Positions 57,763-64,000 of a DNA stretch of 64,000 nucleotides are shown here, one piece after another. Source of the DNA: the human T2T-CHM13v2.0 reference genome, Homo sapiens; assembly GCF_009914755.1 (NCBI RefSeq), contig NC_060932.1; one strand, 5' to 3'. Position 1 is the stretch's first letter. Every line of letters begins with the position of its first letter. Under the pieces are notes generated by a model, which worked only from the letters and a program-made list of their open reading frames with translations, did no database searches and was not told where the DNA came from. A program made the position numbers and the translations under genes.

Positions 57763-58900
57763 GGCCCAAGGCAGATTTCCATATCTGCATTTAATCCATC
57801 AGGAACAAGACAATTTGCAACAATTTGCAAAGAACGATCTGCAGGCTTTGACTGTATAGGAAAAGAAGTGTAGACTAGACCAGAAAAGACACAATTCCCA
57901 GGGGGTCCTGTAGCTCCCTGGGGTCACATGGCTATGATTTTCTCTTTACTGAGGGTAGGCAAGGTGTCCTCTTTTTTTGTTTTCCAAGAACTAAGGCATA
58001 ATAGGTGGTTAATAGATGTTTTGAGGAATGGAGTAATGAATACATGAATCCATCTTCTCTCAGCTGTTCAGTTTGTGAGGAATTTTCAAATCCTTAATTA
58101 AGAATAGATACATCTATATAGAAGCAAGCTAGAAGTGTAAAACAAGCCTTCAATATCTATTATTTAGAGTTGATTGTATGTACTTATGTGTTTAGGCTAA
58201 CTCAGTACTAAAGCATTTTTAGTTTTTACGTTGGAGTTCAGTCATTTTTGGAAAATACTTATGTCAAATTTCTTAAGTTTTACATTCTAGACATTACCAA
58301 AATTCTGAATCACAGAGTGGGTTAAACTAAGTAAGTGGCATATTGCAACTTCTATTGTTTTACAAGATCCGATTCTGTCTCAATATGTGGCATTTCATCA
58401 TAGCACCTGGCCTCAGTGGAACTTTTCAACCCTAAATGCTAATCTGATTTAATTCTTCAGGGTAAAAAAATTCAGATTAGTCTCTATCTAAACCTGAGTC
58501 AGAAATACTGAAACTGGTGGGGCTTAGGGGAGGAGAATGGGTCCCTCAGTGGTGGACCCATAGAGGGTCCTTCTGGCTTCTCCTCTACCCTTAGCCAACG
58601 TAGGCACTGGGGCAGCAAGACCTCAAACGTCCCAGCAGCATGTATCCCACTGGCCTGCTCCTCCCGCTTCTGCTCCTCCTTCTATTCCTTGTCTCTTCAT
58701 CTTCCTTCCTTTTCCTTCTTTCCTCTTTTCTCCATTCACAGTCCTTACTCCCTCCTTCTTCCACTGAAGGTCTGTGTTGGTAGGCATGGCAGCATGGCAG
58801 GTTCTTTTTTTGGAAGGTCCATGGTAACTGGGGCTGGCAGGGCTCATCTATCTACTAGCAGGGTGGCTGAGAAGGGCCACTCACTCATCACAACTGTTAA

Positions 58901-59225
<325 letters not shown>

Positions 59226-59694
59226 TGTTTTGTTTTTTAAACCCCATTTTAGGAATGCTGGGCAAATACTTTCCCAAGTCCCTATGTTGTCCCAACCATA
59301 ACTAGAGTTCCCAGCATTTGTGGTAGAGGAATATCGAATTGAAAAATTGGTCAACACTGGAGTTGACATAAATATTAATAATCACTGCAAAGATAGTAAC
59401 ATTTTCTGCTCCCAGAATGGAAGGAACAGCAGTCAGTAGGTACTGTTGACAAAGCATTTGAGATCTCTCTTTCAGCTCCCTGGTTTCACTCACATTGACC
59501 TCAGCAGATAGATCAGCTCCTTGGGGATTTGGAAAATGCTGATGTCTGGGCCCTACCCTGAGGAAACCTGACGCAATTGGTCTGCAGTGTGGCTTGGCAT
59601 TAGGATTTTCTAAAGTTCCCCAGTGAATTCAATGTACAAGCAAGGCTGAAACCCACTGACTTCAGAGTGAAAACCAAAGCATTGAAGGAAAGCA

Positions 59695-62600
59695 GGGGGA
59701 GGAACCAGGATGGTCGATTAGAAGCAGCTGAGGTCCGGGGCACTCACAGAGAGGAATGAAAGGGGCAAGTGAGCACAGCACCTTCAACTGAAATATCCAG
59801 GTTCTTGCATTAGGACTGATTACGAAAACAACTCGACCCACAAAGAATGAAGAAAGGCAGGGTGGGGCAACAGTCCACCTGGGAGTGATACAGAGCCAAG
59901 ATGTAGCAGGACGAGCCGCAGACAAAACTCCTCAGACACCAAGTTAAATAAGGAAGGGGTTTATTCGGCCGGGAGCATCAGCAAGACTCCTGTCTCAAGA
60001 GCCAAGCTCCCCAAGTGAGCAATTCCTGTCCCTTTTTAGGGCTCACAACTCTAAGGGGGTCTGCATGAGAGGGTCATGATTGATTGAGCAAGCAGGGGGT
60101 ACGTGACTGGGGGCTGCATGCACCAGTAATCAGAACAAAACAGAACAGGACAGGGATTTTTACAATGCCTTTCCATATAATGTCTGGAATCTATAGATAA
60201 TATAACCGGTTAGGTCAGGGGTCGATCTTTAACTACCAGGCTTAGGTCAGGCAGGCCCAGGCCTGGTTTCGGGTCTGGTTCCTTGGTTTTGGGTCTGGTT
60301 CCTAGGCGCCAGGCTAACTGCTTTTAGTTTTGCTTCTCTTTCCTTTTCTGAATATAAAACAATATGAGAGGGTCTGTCTCTCTTCTCTCAAAGGGAACCC
60401 CCAACCCCAGCCAAGGGAAGCAGTGAGTGAGTGTGTGACCCTGGGAAACTATGTTTCTTCCATGGGTCTTTGCAACCAATGGATCAAGAGATCCCCTCGT
60501 GAGCCCGTCCCACCTGGGCCTTGGGTCTGACACACAGAGCTGTGTGGAGTCTCAGCAGAGCAGCTGCTCAGGCATGCAGAGAGACCCAGGAGCTTTGCAT
60601 ACGCCAGCCCTGAGTTCCCCAACAAACGTCTGCAACTCAAGCAAGGCGGGAGGTCCATACATACCCTTAGGAAGGTGACAGAATCCAGCGAGCCAAGCAG
60701 CCTCATTCTGCAAGCCCCACTTCCACGACACCTCCAAAGATAAGACCCACTGGCTTGGAATTCCAGCCAACCCCCAGCAACAGGATGGAGCCTGCCTGAG
60801 ATAGGGCGGAGCCTGGTGCAGTGGGGCAGGGAAAGGGTGGTCGCCACCTCTGCTGTTAGGTCGGGACTCAGCCATTACAGCCTGCGGGCTTTGGAGAGTC
60901 CAAATGGTCTGGAAGAGAAAGGGTCCACCCAGCAGCGCAACACAGCCTCTTTGCCAGATCATGGGCAGACTGCTTCTTTAAGTGAGGCCCCAATCCATTC
61001 CTCCTCACTGGGCAGGACCTCCTGGCCAGACCCCCCTAGCAACACCCACCAGCACGTGTTAATAACAGAGCTCTCTGATCGCTCCCTGGGGCTCAGTGCC
61101 CAAGGGAGGGGAGGGCCGCCACGTGGGTTGGTTGGACAACTCAGCTGTTCCAGCCTGCGGGCTTTGGAGAGTCCAAGCTGACAGGGGCAGAGGCAGGTCC
61201 CTACCGTATCACAGCTGTTTTGTTGAGGCATGGCCAGACTGTTTGTTTAAGTGAGATCCACTCCTCCTCACAGGATGGGTCCTGCCAGTGGGGTCCTCCA
61301 AGCTGGGGCCTCCGGCCACCCCTGCTTGTGTTCTCCCTGGGATGGAATGCCTGAGGGGAGAGGCAGGCTGACACCTTCGCCTTGGGGCTTCTCAGCCAGT
61401 CCAGCCTGTGGGCCCATGGAGAGCCCAAACCAATTGGGAGCTGAAGAAATCAACACAGAACAGCTGCTCTACCAGAAAGCAGCCAGACTGCTTCTTTAAG
61501 CAGGTCACTGACCCCATTCCTCCTGATTAGGTGACACCTCCAAACCAGGGTCTCCAGCCACCTCCTGCAGGTACATTTGGGATGACAGTAGGTCAGTATC
61601 GCCCCCGCCTGGAGAGGAAGAGCTGGCTGCCATCTTTGATGATTCACAGCCTTCACTGGTGATACCTTCTGGTATGGGAAAAACTGAGGCAACTAGGGTC
61701 TTGAGTGGACCCCCAACAAACCAAGCAGCCCTACAGAAGAGTGGCCAGACTGTTAAAAGAAAAACAAACAAACAACAACACAAACATAAAAACTCCATCC
61801 AGAGGTCAGCAACCTCAAAGATCAAAGAAAGAGAAGCCCACAAAGATGAGAATGAATCAATGTAAAAATCCTGAAAACTCAAAAAGCCAGAGTGCCCCTT
61901 TTCCTCCAAATGCCAACACCTCTCCAGCATGGGTACAGAACTGGGCTGAGGCTGAGATGGCTGAAATGACAGAAGTAGGCTTCATAAGGTGGGTAATAAC
62001 AAACTTGGCTAAGCTAAAGGAGCATGTTGTAACCCAATGCAAAGAAGCTAAGAATTATGATAAAGCAACACAGGAGCTGACAACCAAAATAGCCATTTCA
62101 GAGGGAACACAACTCACGTGTTAGAGCTGAAAAACACACTACAAGAACTTCACAATGCAATCAAAAGTATTAATAGCAGAATAGACTAAGTGGAGGAAAG
62201 AATCTCAGAGCTTGAAGACTATCTTTCTGAAATAAGATAGGCAGACAAGAATAGAAAAAAAAAGAATGAAAAGGGATGAAGAAAATCTCCAAGAAATATG
62301 GGATCATGTAAAGAGACCAAATTTAAGACTGATTGGGGTACCTGAAAAAGAAGGGGAGAATGGAACCAAACTGGAAAACATACTTCTGGATATCATCCAA
62401 AAGAACTTCCCCAACCTAGCAAGACAGGCACATTCAAATTCGGGAAATGCAGAGAACCCCAATAAGATACTCCATGAGAAGATCATCCCCAAGACACATA
62501 ATCTTCAGATTCTCCAAGGTCAAAATGAAAGAAAAAAATGTCAAAGGCAGCCAGAGAGAAAGGCCAGGTCACCTACAAAGGGAAGCCCATCAGAGTAACA

Positions 62601-64000
62601 GTGGACCTCTCAGCAGAAACCCTACAAGCTAGAATAGATAGGGAGCCAATATTCAATATTCTTAAAGAAAAACACTTTCAAACCAGAATTTCATATCAGA
62701 CCAATCTAAGCTTCATAAGCAAAGGAGAAATACGATCATTTTCAGACAAGCAAATGCTGAGGGAATTTGTTACTATCAAGTCTACTTTGCAAGCGGTCCT
62801 GAAGAAAGCACTAAATATGGAAAGGAAAAACCATTAGCAGCCACTACACACACATCGAAGTACATAGACCAGTGAAACAACCACATAAACAAGTCTGTAA
62901 AATAACCAGCTAGTATCATGATGACAGGATCAAATCCACACATAACAATACTAATCTTAAATATAAATGGGGCAAGATCCATTGGTATGCTGTCTTCAAA
63001 AGACCCATCTCACATGCAAAGACACATGTAGGCTCAAAATAAAGGGATGGAGAAAAATTCAAGAAAATGGAATACAGAAAAAAGCAGGGGTTGCAATCCG
63101 AGTCTCTGACAAAACAGACTTTAAACCAACAACGATAAAAAAACAGACAAAGAAGGGCATTACATAATAGTAAAGCGTTCAATTCAACGAGAAGAGGTAA
63201 CTATCCTAAAAATATATACGCCCAATACAGGAGCACTCAGATTTATAAAGCAAGTTCTTAAAGACCTACAAAGATACTTAACTCCCACACTAATAATGTT
63301 GAGACTTTAACACCCAACTGACAATATTAGCTCATTAAGACAGAAAATTAACAAAGATATTCAAGACCTGAACCGAGCTTTGGATCAAGTGGACCTGATA
63401 GGTATCTACAGAACTCTCCACCCCAAAACAACAGAATATACGTTCTTCTCATCGCCACATGGCACCTATTCTAAAATTGATCACAGAATCAGAAGTAAAA
63501 CACTCCTCAGCAAGTGCAACAGAACTGAAATCACAACAAACAATATGTCAGACTACAGTGAAATCAAATTGAACTCAAGATTAAGAAGCTCACTCTAAAA
63601 ACCACACAACTACATAGAAATTGACCAACCTGCCCCTGAATGACTCCTGGGTAAGTAATGAAATTAAGGCACAAATCAAGACATTCTTTGAAACTAATGA
63701 GAACAAAGAGAAAATATACCAGAATCTCTGGAATACAGCTAATGCAGTGTTAAGAGGGAAATTTACAGAACTGAATGCCCACATCAAAAAGCTAGAACGA
63801 TCTCAAATTAACAACCTAACATCACCAGTAAAAGAACTAAGGAAACAAGAGCAAACAAACCCTAAATCTAGCAGAACACATGATATAACCAAGATCAGAG
63901 CAGAATTGAAGGAGATAAAGACACAAAAAACCCCTCAAAAAAATCAATGAATCCAGGAGCTGATTTTTTTAAAAAATTAGTAAAATAGATAGACTGCTAG
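59695..64000 (+). mobile_element. Older L1 (L1PA13-16-type) 5'UTR, ORF1 and start of ORF2, degenerate; runs off the window
   Basis: 5' end gggggaggaaccaggatggtcgattagaagcagct; ORF1 remnants (LQEIWDHVKRPNLRLIGVPE; REKGQVTYKGKPIR); ORF2 start atgatgacaggatcaaatcc at ~62918. Confidence 0.92.
59902..60390 (-). mobile_element. ERV1 solo LTR (LTR15-like, HERV15/HERV-E group) inserted in the L1 5'UTR
   Basis: The reverse complement runs TGAGAGAAGAGAGACAGACCCTCTC...GAGGAGTTTTGTCTGCGGCTCGTCCTGCTACA; TSD aaga/aagg. Confidence 0.85.

Overview
This is primate (human-like) genomic DNA, almost entirely non-coding and dense in repeats. I found no intact protein-coding gene, tRNA, rRNA or CRISPR array. The window has three parts. 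(1) 1-6050: an old L1 fragment, then a ~4.3 kb array of a 47-50 bp satellite (by recall D20S16-like) with higher-order structure and an internal ~280 bp inversion whose two junctions are fold-back hairpins. The array abuts an MLT1 LTR 3' end. (2) ~6-22.2 kb: a visibly GC-rich block with GC-shifted old TE relics, a candidate minus-strand exon and G-rich minisatellites. It ends abruptly at a truncated LTR/Alu fusion carrying a ~23-bp tandem duplication, probably a segmental-duplication breakpoint. (3) 22.2-64 kb: an AT-rich block with deep TE nesting, three co-oriented MER45B-type hAT elements, a full-length but inactivated L1PA3-like element (short 5'UTR type, frameshift-extended ORF0) and the 5' part of an older L1PA13-16-type element with an LTR inserted in its 5'UTR. 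Subfamily names come from recalled consensus sequences and need RepeatMasker/Dfam confirmation. Most ORFs in the track are repeat-derived noise.
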